A stretch of DNA of 64,000 bases, taken from positions 96,001 to 160,000 of IMG/VR virus record IMGVR_UViG_3300023213_000432; one strand, 5' to 3'. Of the stretch, positions 19,762-29,328 are shown piece by piece. The number at the start of each line of letters is the position of its first letter. Position 1 is the first letter of the stretch. The stretch is from a virus (Duplodnaviria > Caudoviricetes). The position numbers and the translations under genes are program-made. The notes under the pieces are model-generated. The model saw only the letters and a list, made by a program, of their open reading frames with translations, made no database searches and was not told where the DNA came from.

Positions 19762-19762
19762 A
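18719..19762 (+). CDS. isrB: IsrB (copy 2)
   Basis: Same motifs as copy 1 (PLMP, GIDPG, VED, HNVDS), no HNH; similar but not identical to copy 1. Confidence 0.88.
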   Translation: MVPVIDNYKQPLMPCSEKRARKLMEKGKAISYWQKGIFCIRLTKEPSNRQTQPIALGIDPGSKREGYTVATKKAVVINITTNTPGWIKDHVETRRNLRRSRRYRKTPYRSCRENRATLRKNRVPPSTKARWNAKLRIIKFILKIIPITIVNVEDIAAYTKKGQAKWNTSFSPLEVGKTWFYRELENFGVQLLKTKGTKTQEKRDQRDFHKLSSKLDYSWSAHNVDSHVLVEIALESEISPYYGLWKIEFLEFHRRQLHVQNPIRGNIRKRYGTTISMKMPRGSVVKHKGKLYYLGGNKKGKVSLHSIITGKRIKQSVKKRDIGVLYAQNRRVQLLPRLKSWVSLSLF

Positions 19763-22326
19763 TGAAAATGAAAGTAGATGCTTTTATGCCTTCCATCGAT
19801 GCCGCCAAAACTCAAACTTTACTTAAAGATAATTCCGAGTCCTCCATAAAACCTGACCTTCAAGATCGAAAACAATATAAAATCGGAGATCGTGTCAAAC
19901 TTCGGATCAAAGAAAAGCAAGAAGTTTGGGGCACCGTTATCGAGCATAATTCTGCTCATAGTTTGTGTCTTTTTTTGGATGAGGCAATAGACATTGAACA
20001 GAAGAAAAGCTTCAAAACTATAAATCATGAGCGTCAGGAAACTCTTAAGAAATTGGGCATCTCGAATCCAGAGCGCCCTAACTGTTTTTTGTGGGGAGAT
20101 TTTTCCCCTAACTACATTATTGGAACTGACAAAGTTATTGTTTTGGATCGCCTTCTTGACGAAGAAACCATTAATCCGGCAGGTAAATCGATGGACGTTT
20201 TACCAGATTCCATCTTTTTTGATTGTCATAGTAACAGGTTCAGTGGATGCAGGCATGACTCGCAACACGAGCCATCCACTCGAAAAGTATATGCGGCTCT
20301 GAAAATAGATAAAGGAAATCCAGATTTAGTCTATGTTTGCGATCAGCATTTTCAAAATCGAGTTAGCTATAATTGGGAAAATCGTTCTTTAGGTTTTGAA
20401 GGTTTGGTACCATTAGATGTTGGTCCCGCTCCGTCCTATAAATTTGGAGATCGGCTTCAAATTAAGATTAATAACGAGATTGTTTGGGCCACCGTAGTAG
20501 ATGAACGAGGTTCCGGCGCCCATGAACCTCGTCTATCTTATCCGTTATTGCATTTAGATAAACCCAATCCCGCCTCTCATGATTTTATTCCGGAAGATCG
20601 TGTTAAACCTATTTCAGATATGGGTATAAATGTCAATGAGAAAAAGTTTTGGTGGCTTCTCCCTGATAACAAAGTTTTGTATCGTCTTCCTAAAGAACGT
20701 CCATGCACTCCATCTAATCAGCCCACAAAAGAAGGTAAGGGCGATATTGATGGTGCCCAAGTCAAACCACCCGAAGTAAAACAGTTTAAAGAAGGAAGCC
20801 TCGTTAAATATATTGCTGAGAGCGCACAAGTTGGAAGTAATCCAGCCCTGGTTATAGGACAATTATATAAGATTAGGAAAATAGGAAAGAGTATCGATGG
20901 CAGCGATCAAATTTTCTTGAAGGGATTTGATGAAGAAGATATTTGGTGGCGGAAAGAAAGATTTGAATTAATAACTGTTAAGAAAGATGTTCCTGTTGCT
21001 TTAGAGACGCCCACTAAACAAGAAGACAAATGTCAAATTGGAGATCATGTCTCATTGCTCATTGATGGAGTGTATAATACTGGTGGCACGGTAGTGGGTT
21101 TTCAGGATCAAGTTCCATTAATTTGGTTAGATCTTCCTAAACCAGGAAAGTATGGTGGGACAGTTGATTACTATTCCAATAAAGATGTAATTTGTGCTAA
21201 TATCAAAAAGTTAGGCTATGATACAAGTTTGCATCGTTGTTGGATTGCCCATCATTGGCATACCAGGATTCTCAACATTAAACACCTTTATTGGCTGGAT
21301 GCAAACGGCATGCCCTTGAAGTTTGATGATGCTAACTCAACTTTGAAGAATGCGGTAGCACCTCAGCCGCAAGCGAATGAAGTAGTTGATGTTGATAAAG
21401 CTAAATCATTTTCTATTTCCGGCGATGTTTATGGTCCGTATCCTGTCCCAACTACTAATTGGTGGCCGCTTGGAAATCAGTCCAACATCGAACAAAAGCC
21501 CCTTTTCAGCCCGCAGGATATTGAACGTGCCATTAAAACTTTGGAACAAGCATTTGCTATGGGTTTGGCAAAATCAGATCAAAAAGATGCGTTGAATGTT
21601 TTGGATCAAGTGGCTAAAAGATTGGAGCAAAAGGAAGATATTGTAAATACAATAACCAAAACTTATACTTTTTCTCAAGACAATACTTCTAATTGGATGC
21701 CGTTTGTTATAAATGCCGGTGCCAATTCTAAACCCCTTAACTTCAAGTTTGATGGTAAATCATGGAATATTGTTTCGGATGCCCCCATTAATGTTAGTGG
21801 TGGCAAATTAGATCCAGAAGAAAATTTCAAGGTATTTGTTGAAGAGGAAGAACAACCTAACAGCGACGACGAAGCTAAAAAGCGACCCTTTAGCGCTATG
21901 GTTAAAGAAGATGTCATTGATGCTGGATACCGTGTAGTTGCCAATCAACTTACCAAAGGCATTAAAAATGTTTTTCTCCTTGTTCTCAAAGACAAAGGAG
22001 CAGATGATAAGAAAATTACTCTCGTTCGAGAACTATTGGATAGTGAGATCGGCAATGCTTTTGTTTCTATTATCTTGGGATATTGTCTTACTTATATGCC
22101 CAAAGTTAAGGAAGATAAGCGGGCTCAAAAGTTGGCGGGCGAATTCCGCGTAGAAGGGTTATCAACTGCTGGTAATGCTTTGATGAATGTGGTATGGCAA
22201 TATGTTAAGGATTTGCCAGCATCGGAAAAAATAAGAGTGGAAACGAAAGAAGTTCGAGTTTCAGAAGAGGAGATACAAGAAATTGACGAAGTCGGCGAAG
22301 CAAGCGGCAATTGTGCTAATCATTAA
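19762..22326 (+). CDS. large modular protein with several SH3/KOW-like (xxGDRV) units
   Basis: YKIGDRVKL, YKFGDRLQI, FKEGSLVKY, CQIGDHVSL units; exact start uncertain. Confidence 0.7.
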   Translation: MKMKVDAFMPSIDAAKTQTLLKDNSESSIKPDLQDRKQYKIGDRVKLRIKEKQEVWGTVIEHNSAHSLCLFLDEAIDIEQKKSFKTINHERQETLKKLGISNPERPNCFLWGDFSPNYIIGTDKVIVLDRLLDEETINPAGKSMDVLPDSIFFDCHSNRFSGCRHDSQHEPSTRKVYAALKIDKGNPDLVYVCDQHFQNRVSYNWENRSLGFEGLVPLDVGPAPSYKFGDRLQIKINNEIVWATVVDERGSGAHEPRLSYPLLHLDKPNPASHDFIPEDRVKPISDMGINVNEKKFWWLLPDNKVLYRLPKERPCTPSNQPTKEGKGDIDGAQVKPPEVKQFKEGSLVKYIAESAQVGSNPALVIGQLYKIRKIGKSIDGSDQIFLKGFDEEDIWWRKERFELITVKKDVPVALETPTKQEDKCQIGDHVSLLIDGVYNTGGTVVGFQDQVPLIWLDLPKPGKYGGTVDYYSNKDVICANIKKLGYDTSLHRCWIAHHWHTRILNIKHLYWLDANGMPLKFDDANSTLKNAVAPQPQANEVVDVDKAKSFSISGDVYGPYPVPTTNWWPLGNQSNIEQKPLFSPQDIERAIKTLEQAFAMGLAKSDQKDALNVLDQVAKRLEQKEDIVNTITKTYTFSQDNTSNWMPFVINAGANSKPLNFKFDGKSWNIVSDAPINVSGGKLDPEENFKVFVEEEEQPNSDDEAKKRPFSAMVKEDVIDAGYRVVANQLTKGIKNVFLLVLKDKGADDKKITLVRELLDSEIGNAFVSIILGYCLTYMPKVKEDKRAQKLAGEFRVEGLSTAGNALMNVVWQYVKDLPASEKIRVETKEVRVSEEEIQEIDEVGEASGNCANH

Positions 22327-23074
22327 GGATGGATTAATCCTTGGGATTTCTCGAAAAAACGATCCAACCAAATTTTCTCTTATTGGTGGAAAATGCGAAG
22401 TTGGCGAATTACCAGTAGAAGCTGTTCTTCGAGAAACTCTTGAAGAGACCGGCATTGAAGTTCATGATCTCTTAGGCAAGAGATACCCATAGCCTTGTGC
22501 TATGGTAGGAATTGCCATTTACTTTCTTTTTCTCTTGACATCTATCAATAAGTGATTTATATATTAGTACGTTCTTTGAAAATTTGGCGGTTCTATTTCC
22601 ATTGGTTTAATAGCGAAGACACTTCCCGAGTTCAAGAAGGATCTCGAATAGTAATACAGTTGTTCCAATCCTTTTAGATTGGTCTCCGATATAAGAAACT
22701 TAGAACTTAAAAACTTGGATCGTTTAACGATCCCAAGATCATTTCTGGCTATATGCCAGAATGACGGGCTGTCGTCAATCAGCCTATTGTTTCCATTACT
22801 TCGTGATGAGGAACAAGCCATCAGCCTTGTGCTGATGGTAATTGACGGTGGTGCTTTTATCTATGAGCGTGTAGAGCCGAAGGAAAGTCCTGATGGAGAT
22901 GATTTTCGCACGTTTGCTTTCTACGCCACTGCATGGACGGGAGAGCCCAAAAATCTTGAAGGAGGCACAGTTAAATGGTTAACGGCGGCAGAATTGACTT
23001 CCAAAGAAACTGGTGCTTTCCAGAATACAATGCTAAGACACTGGAGCGATTTAGAAAGTTGTATCCGAAAGTAG
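22283..23074 (+). pseudogene. NUDIX hydrolase (136 aa) split by a non-autonomous element
   Basis: Nudix box GGKCEVGELPVEAVLRETLEETG; removing 22466..22846 joins EVH|GGAFIYER in frame. Confidence 0.85.
22466..22846 (+). mobile_element. non-autonomous TnpB-type element (381 bp)
   Basis: TTCAT|GATCTCTTAGGCAAG...TTGACA promoter...GGGCTGTCGTCAATCAGCCTA...CCATCAGCCTTGTGCTGATGGTAATTGAC|; no tnpB ORF. Confidence 0.9.
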
Positions 23075-23113
23075 AATTAAAGTAGAATTTAAGTTTAAAT
23101 AAGAGGAACAAAA

Positions 23114-23590
23114 ATGAAAAAACAACCATTTACGATCGGAGATCGAGTAGGATTTAATGCCATTTTCAAAGATCAGGATACTTATAATGATTGCGATGCA
23201 GGATTTTATGATCTTGCTTTCGATGAGTATTATGATCCGTGTTATGGGGAAGTTATTGAAATAATCGAACCGAGTGACAATCTTATTATCAAGTGGGATG
23301 AAAATGACGACTATATTGACGAGTATAAACCTGAGGACGGCTGGAATGCCAAAGACTTCCTCCCCGAGAAAGAATTAAAAAAGAAATATTCTCATCTGGA
23401 AAAAGAATTCCGAACTATGGAAAAAGCAGTAAAAGCTAAAGTTAAAAAGGCAGCTGTTATCATCAGAGAAGCCAACAAAATGACAAAAGAACACGGTAAA
23501 ACTTTATCAGAATTGTGGGACGTCCGTCGTCCTTTATACGATGCGATGGATAATGCAGGCTGGCACACCTCTTCATTTGATTGTCCATGA
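23114..23590 (+). CDS. hypothetical protein (SH3-like N-terminus; GWxxSxxC paralogue family)
   Basis: GAGGA RBS; ends NAGWHTSSFDCP. Confidence 0.7.
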   Translation: MKKQPFTIGDRVGFNAIFKDQDTYNDCDAGFYDLAFDEYYDPCYGEVIEIIEPSDNLIIKWDENDDYIDEYKPEDGWNAKDFLPEKELKKKYSHLEKEFRTMEKAVKAKVKKAAVIIREANKMTKEHGKTLSELWDVRRPLYDAMDNAGWHTSSFDCP

Positions 23591-24114
23591 GCTTCAAAAA
23601 TAGTTTTTGTTCCTACTGTGGAGTTAAATTCACGGAGCAAATTAAATACCCACGAAAGTGTTTTAGCTGCTATCAGGATACTTATTTTAATCCATTGCCT
23701 GCGACTATCTCTATCCTTCGAGTATTTGATCCAGAGAGCCATGGTTATTATAGAAGATGGGGAGTGCTAATCACCAAACGAAACATTGAGCCACATAAAG
23801 GTAAATTTTGTTTGGTGGGCGGGTTTTTGGAAAATAATGGCGAAACATGGCAAGAAGCCTCGGCTCGGGAAATGCAAGAAGAAATCCAACTATCTCTTGA
23901 TCCTAGCGAATTCAGTTTAGTGGATATTAAAAATTCCACTGCACCTAAAGGAATTTTATTAATTATAAATATGGTGATTACCATTAAAGAATTCGCCCAG
24001 ATCAAGTTTCAGCCTAATAACGAAGTTAGTCAATTACCAATGACTAAAGTCCTTGGCTTGTCGCTCATCCTACCATTGATAGGAGGTTGTTTTTTAATGG
24101 CAACAATAGGCTGA
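23587..24114 (+). CDS. zinc-ribbon NUDIX hydrolase (NudC/ADPRase-like); C-terminus altered by IS
   Basis: CSYCG...CFSC, LVGGFLENNGETWQEASAREMQEE; residues after 24028 come from the element. Confidence 0.8.
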   Translation: MSFKNSFCSYCGVKFTEQIKYPRKCFSCYQDTYFNPLPATISILRVFDPESHGYYRRWGVLITKRNIEPHKGKFCLVGGFLENNGETWQEASAREMQEEIQLSLDPSEFSLVDIKNSTAPKGILLIINMVITIKEFAQIKFQPNNEVSQLPMTKVLGLSLILPLIGGCFLMATIG

Positions 24115-24377
24115 TTGACAACAGCCCTAAATAAAGTTTGGCGTTTCTAATAGCGACCTGTTAAAAACCGTTTGCTTATTCGATCATAAATGATCAAGAA
24201 AGTGCCTTCTAGGTCTCGATTCGCTAAACGTAGATATTAATTTTTAACTCATCTCTTACCTCTTTCTATTTAGATAGCAAAAGATATATAACCACCATGC
24301 TTGAAGTTTTTAAGAAAAAGAAAGAAAAAAGCAATTCCTCCCATGATTAAAATCATGGGCTTCCTTGCTAAGAGATC
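24029..24377 (-). mobile_element. non-autonomous TnpB-type element (349 bp)
   Basis: On the + strand GTCAATTACCAATGACTAAAGTCCTTGG...CCCATGATTAAAATCATGGG...AAGAGATC; near-identical to 31328..31687; flank is GTAAT rather than ATGAA. Confidence 0.88.
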
Positions 24378-24445
24378 GTAATCGATTAATATTGCTTAGT
24401 TCGCTGAACCAAGTCGAGCCTCTACCACCAACTAAAAGGAAATCT

Positions 24446-24736
24446 ATGACCAAACCTCAAATCGGTATGGGCGCTACTATTAACTATGTTTCAGATAAAG
24501 TCCCAGCTACTATTGTAGAAATTCGTTCCAATTGTATTATCTTGCAAGAAGATAAATATACCCGCACCGATAATAACGGTTTCTCCGAAGTACAGGAATA
24601 CACTTACGCGCCTAATCTTGAAGGGTTGCTTTACACCGCCACACTTCGCAAAGACAGAGTATATAGACTTAAGGGTAGTCCCAATATCTATATTACATTG
24701 GGAAAGCGCCGCCGTTATTTCGATTATTCTTTTTAA
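24446..24736 (+). CDS. hypothetical phage protein
   Basis: AAGGA RBS, MTKPQIGMGAT...; the upstream extension in the track comes from IS and repeat sequence. Confidence 0.7.
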   Translation: MTKPQIGMGATINYVSDKVPATIVEIRSNCIILQEDKYTRTDNNGFSEVQEYTYAPNLEGLLYTATLRKDRVYRLKGSPNIYITLGKRRRYFDYSF

Positions 24737-24767
24737 TTTTTGACCAAACCCGCAAAAATCGCGATAT

Positions 24768-25016
24768 ATGCTTATTTTTAAAGATTGTATTACTTATCAA
24801 ATTTTAGAAAAGGAAATCACGATCTTTTCTGACGAAACTGCTTATGGGCGCAATACCGTAGCCGAAATCGATAACTATTATATCTATTGGGGCGCTGAAC
24901 CATGGACAATTTCTACTGCCATCTTATCTTATGAACGACACTATAACCGAGAACTTATGCCCGCCGAACTTCGACAGGTATTATTAGACAACAATTTCAT
25001 TTCTCAAAGGAATTAA
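24768..25016 (+). CDS. hypothetical protein
   Basis: ORF after a TTGACC promoter-like motif. Confidence 0.5.
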   Translation: MLIFKDCITYQILEKEITIFSDETAYGRNTVAEIDNYYIYWGAEPWTISTAILSYERHYNRELMPAELRQVLLDNNFISQRN

Positions 25017-25019
25017 ATC

Positions 25020-25367
25020 ATGAAAAAAACAACAAAGAAAACAAGCAAGACAGCCAATAAAATGCTCAAGAAGACAACCAAGCCAGTCAAAAAGACGGTA
25101 GCAAAGAAAGCTCCCGTCAAAAAGACAAGTAAAAAGGCAGTTGCAGCATCAACAGTGAAGCCAGTTGCCCCTAAAGCGTCTGCTAAGCCCGCTGTGAAAC
25201 GCACCTCCAAAAAAGAAGTTATTACGGCCAAACCCGTTAAGGATAATAGTGGGATGGTGATTATGCGAGGCGTTGATGAACAAGAACAAATGGATACCGA
25301 TGACGGTATTGATTTGACCGCTTCATTGGACGATGGCATGGTCATTTTGACTACCGACGAAGAATAA
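25020..25367 (+). CDS. Lys/Ala/Thr-rich histone H1-like protein with acidic tail
   Basis: KKTTKK/KKAP/AKPA repeats, then EEQMDTDDG. Confidence 0.6.
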   Translation: MKKTTKKTSKTANKMLKKTTKPVKKTVAKKAPVKKTSKKAVAASTVKPVAPKASAKPAVKRTSKKEVITAKPVKDNSGMVIMRGVDEQEQMDTDDGIDLTASLDDGMVILTTDEE

Positions 25368-25458
25368 TCATGGGCATTTCTTATCTTACTTTTGCTGCAA
25401 TTCTGATTTTTGGATTAACTTTCCTCTCGATAATCCTTTGGATTAAATCTAAAGAATA

Positions 25459-26079
25459 ATGCAAGTCCTCAGACTTATCCAACAAAATGGACTATCTTTA
25501 CCTTTTCGTTTAGGGAAGGAGTTAGGACATGGATTAGATGGACAAGTATTTAAGATTGCCGATACCTTGAAACCTGCTAAGGTAGTCAAGTTATGTGCTA
25601 TTTTCGAAAGTGAAGAAACTGATCTTAATATTGACTATCAACAAGTTAGTCAAGTGTTGGATTGCCTTCTGCAAAAAAATCCGCTTGCTTTTGTTCGAAT
25701 ATTTTCTCACGCTAAACTTGGAGAATATTATCGAACCATTTATGGTAATCAACAGCAAAAGTATCTTCTTCATTATTATGTGATGGAACGTCTCCAAGCT
25801 ATTTCCGAAGACGAAAAGAAGGTTTTTCATACTATTCTATCTCATGAAGATCGGGGCATTGAAAAAACCTTCACTATTACAGAATTAGAAAGAACTTTGG
25901 AAGGATTGCATTCGGGGCTTGATTTCTCGATGGACAAGATGAGGAGGTTTCGGTTAAACCTACATGCCGCTCCTATTATTCACAATGATCTTCACCCTCG
26001 GAATATTTTGAAGAATATAGAAGGAAACTATAAATGTATCGATATAGATTGGTGCGAATTAAAGTTTCAACCCACGTGA
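25459..26079 (+). CDS. protein kinase-like (ePK/APH fold) protein
   Basis: LGHGLDGQVF Gly-loop, VVKL, YVMERL, HNDLHPRNIL catalytic loop, IDID. Confidence 0.7.
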   Translation: MQVLRLIQQNGLSLPFRLGKELGHGLDGQVFKIADTLKPAKVVKLCAIFESEETDLNIDYQQVSQVLDCLLQKNPLAFVRIFSHAKLGEYYRTIYGNQQQKYLLHYYVMERLQAISEDEKKVFHTILSHEDRGIEKTFTITELERTLEGLHSGLDFSMDKMRRFRLNLHAAPIIHNDLHPRNILKNIEGNYKCIDIDWCELKFQPT

Positions 26080-26087
26080 TATAGTAG

Positions 26088-26133
26088 GTCAATAACCCAT
26101 GATTAAAATCATGGGCTTGTGCGAAAGGAATCA
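26088..26133 (+). mobile_element. 46-bp remnant of an IsrB-type element (5' end hairpin only)
   Basis: GTCAATAACCCATGATTAAAATCATGGGCTTGTGCGAAAGGAATCA|ATGA; matches the first 46 nt of the 14843 element. Confidence 0.75.
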
Positions 26134-26424
26134 ATGACCAAAGATAAAAATAAAGTAGATTTGACACTGTTGAAAAAGTTAGTGATTGAATTGGAGGCTT
26201 CTCTTACCACTGCGGAAGGAGTTGTTGAAACGGATCATAATGGATATTTCGTGGAAATGTCTAAAGGAGCCGGATTAGCCGCAGGAGTCATGCAAGAAGC
26301 GTCTATGTTAATTATGGATATTTACGGAGTGGTTCAATCTAAGCAGGGCGGTGTCTCTGTCAAAGAAAGTTTTTTTGGTGATTTGCTTGGAAAGTTTAAA
26401 GGCGGAATTGGAGGTTCTAATTGA
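26134..26424 (+). CDS. hypothetical protein
   Basis: ATG immediately after the remnant, which supplies AAGGA. Confidence 0.65.
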   Translation: MTKDKNKVDLTLLKKLVIELEASLTTAEGVVETDHNGYFVEMSKGAGLAAGVMQEASMLIMDIYGVVQSKQGGVSVKESFFGDLLGKFKGGIGGSN

Positions 26425-26657
26425 TGTTACCATCTGTTAAGCATTTGTTTTTGGTGATTCCTTTAATGGCTCTATTAACCTTTACTAACACGTTCATTGG
26501 GTTTGTGTGTGGTAGTTTTGTGGATATGCAATTGGAATACAGGGGCGTCAATAAGTTTGTCGCTTTGTTTTGTAGCGTTCTGACTGTTTGTGGAGTGTAT
26601 GTTTTTATGATAGGCAATCATCGAATTCGGAATTTGATTGGTTCGTTAGACCGTTAG
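26424..26657 (+). CDS. small membrane protein
   Basis: Two hydrophobic segments. Confidence 0.5.
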   Translation: MLPSVKHLFLVIPLMALLTFTNTFIGFVCGSFVDMQLEYRGVNKFVALFCSVLTVCGVYVFMIGNHRIRNLIGSLDR

Positions 26658-26674
26658 CTATTGGGGCAGTTAAA

Positions 26675-27247
26675 ATGAGAAAATTATTAGCACTGGCATG
26701 CTTGTTAATGGCATGTGCTGCGGACAATAAAAAGGTAATTGTTATTCCGCCGCCCACGGTAACTGAATCGCCAACTCCTCCGTCTATGACCGTAATTGAA
26801 CGGGGCGAAGATTGGTCGATTGAAGTTCTTAATGGTTGGGAGAAGGTTGGGATCACTACTATTCCAACGAATTCTGCTGGAATGCAATTTGTCAATAAGG
26901 AGCAAAAAATTGGCTTAGCTGTAGTTAGAGAAGTTTTGCCTACTCATATCTCAAATGAGGAATTAGCGTTTGGATTTGAATTGTATTTGAAATCAAAGGA
27001 CATTGGCATCGATGATCTTCGTAATGTTAAACTGAATGACAGATCTTTTATTTTGATAGAATTTCATGCTATTCCCCATCAGTTTGGAGAAACAATACAA
27101 GTTCAAGCATGGATGTCGGCTGAAGATAAAGTAACTTATACTATGATATGTGGGTCTGTCATCACTAATCAACAGACACCTGAGCTTTGCAATCAGATGG
27201 TTTCCACCTTTAAAGTGGATAACAAAGATGGCATTGTTCAGCCCTGA
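26675..27247 (+). CDS. putative lipoprotein (PsbP/DcrB-like fold possible)
   Basis: MRKLLALACLLMAC lipobox; Pro-rich linker. Confidence 0.6.
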   Translation: MRKLLALACLLMACAADNKKVIVIPPPTVTESPTPPSMTVIERGEDWSIEVLNGWEKVGITTIPTNSAGMQFVNKEQKIGLAVVREVLPTHISNEELAFGFELYLKSKDIGIDDLRNVKLNDRSFILIEFHAIPHQFGETIQVQAWMSAEDKVTYTMICGSVITNQQTPELCNQMVSTFKVDNKDGIVQP

Positions 27248-27258
27248 TATTTAGAATA

Positions 27259-28089
27259 ATGGATAAAGTTCTTCTAATCGATGGACTAAATATGGTTCAT
27301 CGGACTTCTCATGTTAAGTTGGACATGGATAAGACTTCGGAAGATGCCGACAAAATTGACTATACGCCTATCTATACTTTTTTTCGTAGCCTTCGTTCCT
27401 TGATTGAATTATTTTCTCCTGACAAATGTTTTTTTGTTCTCGAAGGACATGCCAAGTTTCGCTACGATCTTTTTGCGGATTATAAAGCTAATCGACTGAT
27501 CAAACTCGGTTCCAAAACCAAAGAAGAAGTTTATGCGTATGCCGATGAGATAGTTCGGCTCCTTCTCATGCTTCCAATTACAGTGTGTCGGGCAAGCAAC
27601 TATGAAGCAGACGATGTAATCGGCAGTTTATCTGAAAATATGAAGAATGAGGAACTAACAATAGTTTCGACTGATAGTGATTATATTCAATTGCTTCAAC
27701 GTGGATATCCTAAGATTAGCATCTATAATCCGATCCGAAAGGAATTCATGGAAGCACCTCCCCAAAATTATATCGCTCTCAAAAGCCTTCGAGGTGATAA
27801 ATCAGACAATATACCTCGATTAGTTTCAGATAGAAAAGCCGAGTCATTTTGTGAAAATCCTGCTCTATTTAAAAAATGGATGTCAATTGAAGAGAACAGG
27901 GCAACGCTTGCTATTAATAAGCAATTGATAGAATTTGCTTCCGTTCCAATGGAAGAAATAGAATTCAAGGAAGGGCAACGGGATTTTAAAATCCTTAAAG
28001 AAGAATTTAAAAAAATGGAATTTGAGAGCATCACTAATAACAAGTCGTGGGATAAATTTGAAATCACTTTTAATTGCCTAAGGTATTGA
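27259..28089 (+). CDS. 5'-3' exonuclease / T4 RNase H-like FEN
   Basis: LIDGLN, FR...YKANR, EADDVIG, IVSTDSDYIQL, GDKSDNIP. Confidence 0.9.
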   Translation: MDKVLLIDGLNMVHRTSHVKLDMDKTSEDADKIDYTPIYTFFRSLRSLIELFSPDKCFFVLEGHAKFRYDLFADYKANRLIKLGSKTKEEVYAYADEIVRLLLMLPITVCRASNYEADDVIGSLSENMKNEELTIVSTDSDYIQLLQRGYPKISIYNPIRKEFMEAPPQNYIALKSLRGDKSDNIPRLVSDRKAESFCENPALFKKWMSIEENRATLAINKQLIEFASVPMEEIEFKEGQRDFKILKEEFKKMEFESITNNKSWDKFEITFNCLRY

Positions 28090-28090
28090 T

Positions 28091-28474
28091 ATGTTGATCT
28101 TATCGCCTTCGCCAAATTCTATCCCCGTTCCATCCAATCAAAACTTGGAATACTTCGCTTTGACGTATGGCAAACGCGGTGTCATTATGTGTGTTCGAGA
28201 TCGATCTAAGGCTCTGATGGAAGTCAAACAATTGCAACGGTGGAGCACAGAGTATAGCCCAATATCTGCTCATTGGGAAGGCTGGGGAAATGTCATCATT
28301 CCTGAAGCGGAAAGAATCCAATACTTAAGAGCTATTGAACGGGATGCCCAAGTCCATCGTGCTTATATTGATGGCGGCAACTATAATATTCCCATTGGAT
28401 TAAAACGATGGGTAGAAACTTATGAGCCCGAATATCAGGAATTGGGAAAGTTGAAAGTTTTCGATTATTATTGA
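28091..28474 (+). CDS. hypothetical protein
   Basis: Tightly packed ORF. Confidence 0.55.
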   Translation: MLILSPSPNSIPVPSNQNLEYFALTYGKRGVIMCVRDRSKALMEVKQLQRWSTEYSPISAHWEGWGNVIIPEAERIQYLRAIERDAQVHRAYIDGGNYNIPIGLKRWVETYEPEYQELGKLKVFDYY

Positions 28475-28489
28475 AAGGGAAAGTAAATC

Positions 28490-28876
28490 ATGTCTAAGGA
28501 AATCATTATGTGCTGTTTATCTTGCGAGCGAAATCAAAAAACGGGCAAGTTTTGTCAGGATTGTGGAGGTGCGCTTACCAAGAGAACGCCGCCACTGTTA
28601 GAGGAAGCATTTGCTAAGTTGGTCAAAGAAATTACTCCCAAAATCAAAGCGGAACTCGATCAAGCTAATGATCACCTTTGCAATGCTATGCATATTGCTA
28701 ATCAAGAGGGCGTGCCATTTTATGATCGAGCAGACGATACAGTTTTTATTCCTGAAAGTTTCTACCTCAAACATAATGTGAGTGGAAAGATTGTGGAAAA
28801 ACTTATACCTCAAATATTCGAATATGACATTGAGGGCAAGTTTGAAGGCTGGATTAGTTCAAGCGATAGGTGTTAA
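28490..28876 (+). CDS. zinc-ribbon protein (GWxxSxxC paralogue family)
   Basis: CLSC...FCQDCG; ends EGWISSSDRC. Confidence 0.65.
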   Translation: MSKEIIMCCLSCERNQKTGKFCQDCGGALTKRTPPLLEEAFAKLVKEITPKIKAELDQANDHLCNAMHIANQEGVPFYDRADDTVFIPESFYLKHNVSGKIVEKLIPQIFEYDIEGKFEGWISSSDRC

Positions 28877-28878
28877 AC

Positions 28879-29328
28879 ATGAAGAAAAATACAATAAAAA
28901 AATCAACCAAAAGGACCACAAAAAGAAAAGTTAAGAAAACCGAACCCTTCAAATATTTTTGGGGTTCCGACAAAGACATAATTGAATTTGATCCCTCCGA
29001 AATCAAAGAAGCGGGCGTGCTTCTTTCCACCAATAACTCCGGTGGAGATTGGTGGTTAGATTACAAAGATGAAGCAGGATTAAAATCAGAAGGATGGAAA
29101 GTTAATATAGTTGATCGACTCGGACGACATGCAGCTCATGCCTTTCTTCCCAATGCTGATATTCAAAAAGCATTAATATCTTTTCGAATAGCGACCAAAT
29201 ATACCGGTAAAGAATTAGGATGTGGTTGTTGCGGAGTGCCATTTTCTTTTACGCAACATGATGATAAAGGGAAGTTGGTGGAAAGTTGGAGACCATCCTA
29301 TCCAAGTGAAGGAGATGACTACATATGA
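28879..29328 (+). CDS. hypothetical protein
   Basis: STNNSGGDWW...GCGCCG motif. Confidence 0.65.
   Translation: MKKNTIKKSTKRTTKRKVKKTEPFKYFWGSDKDIIEFDPSEIKEAGVLLSTNNSGGDWWLDYKDEAGLKSEGWKVNIVDRLGRHAAHAFLPNADIQKALISFRIATKYTGKELGCGCCGVPFSFTQHDDKGKLVESWRPSYPSEGDDYI

Noticed and set aside
15164-19762. Calling the RRXRR proteins IscB or Cas9-like
   Set aside because: No HNH motif between RuvC-II and RuvC-III and length about 350 aa, so IsrB fits better.
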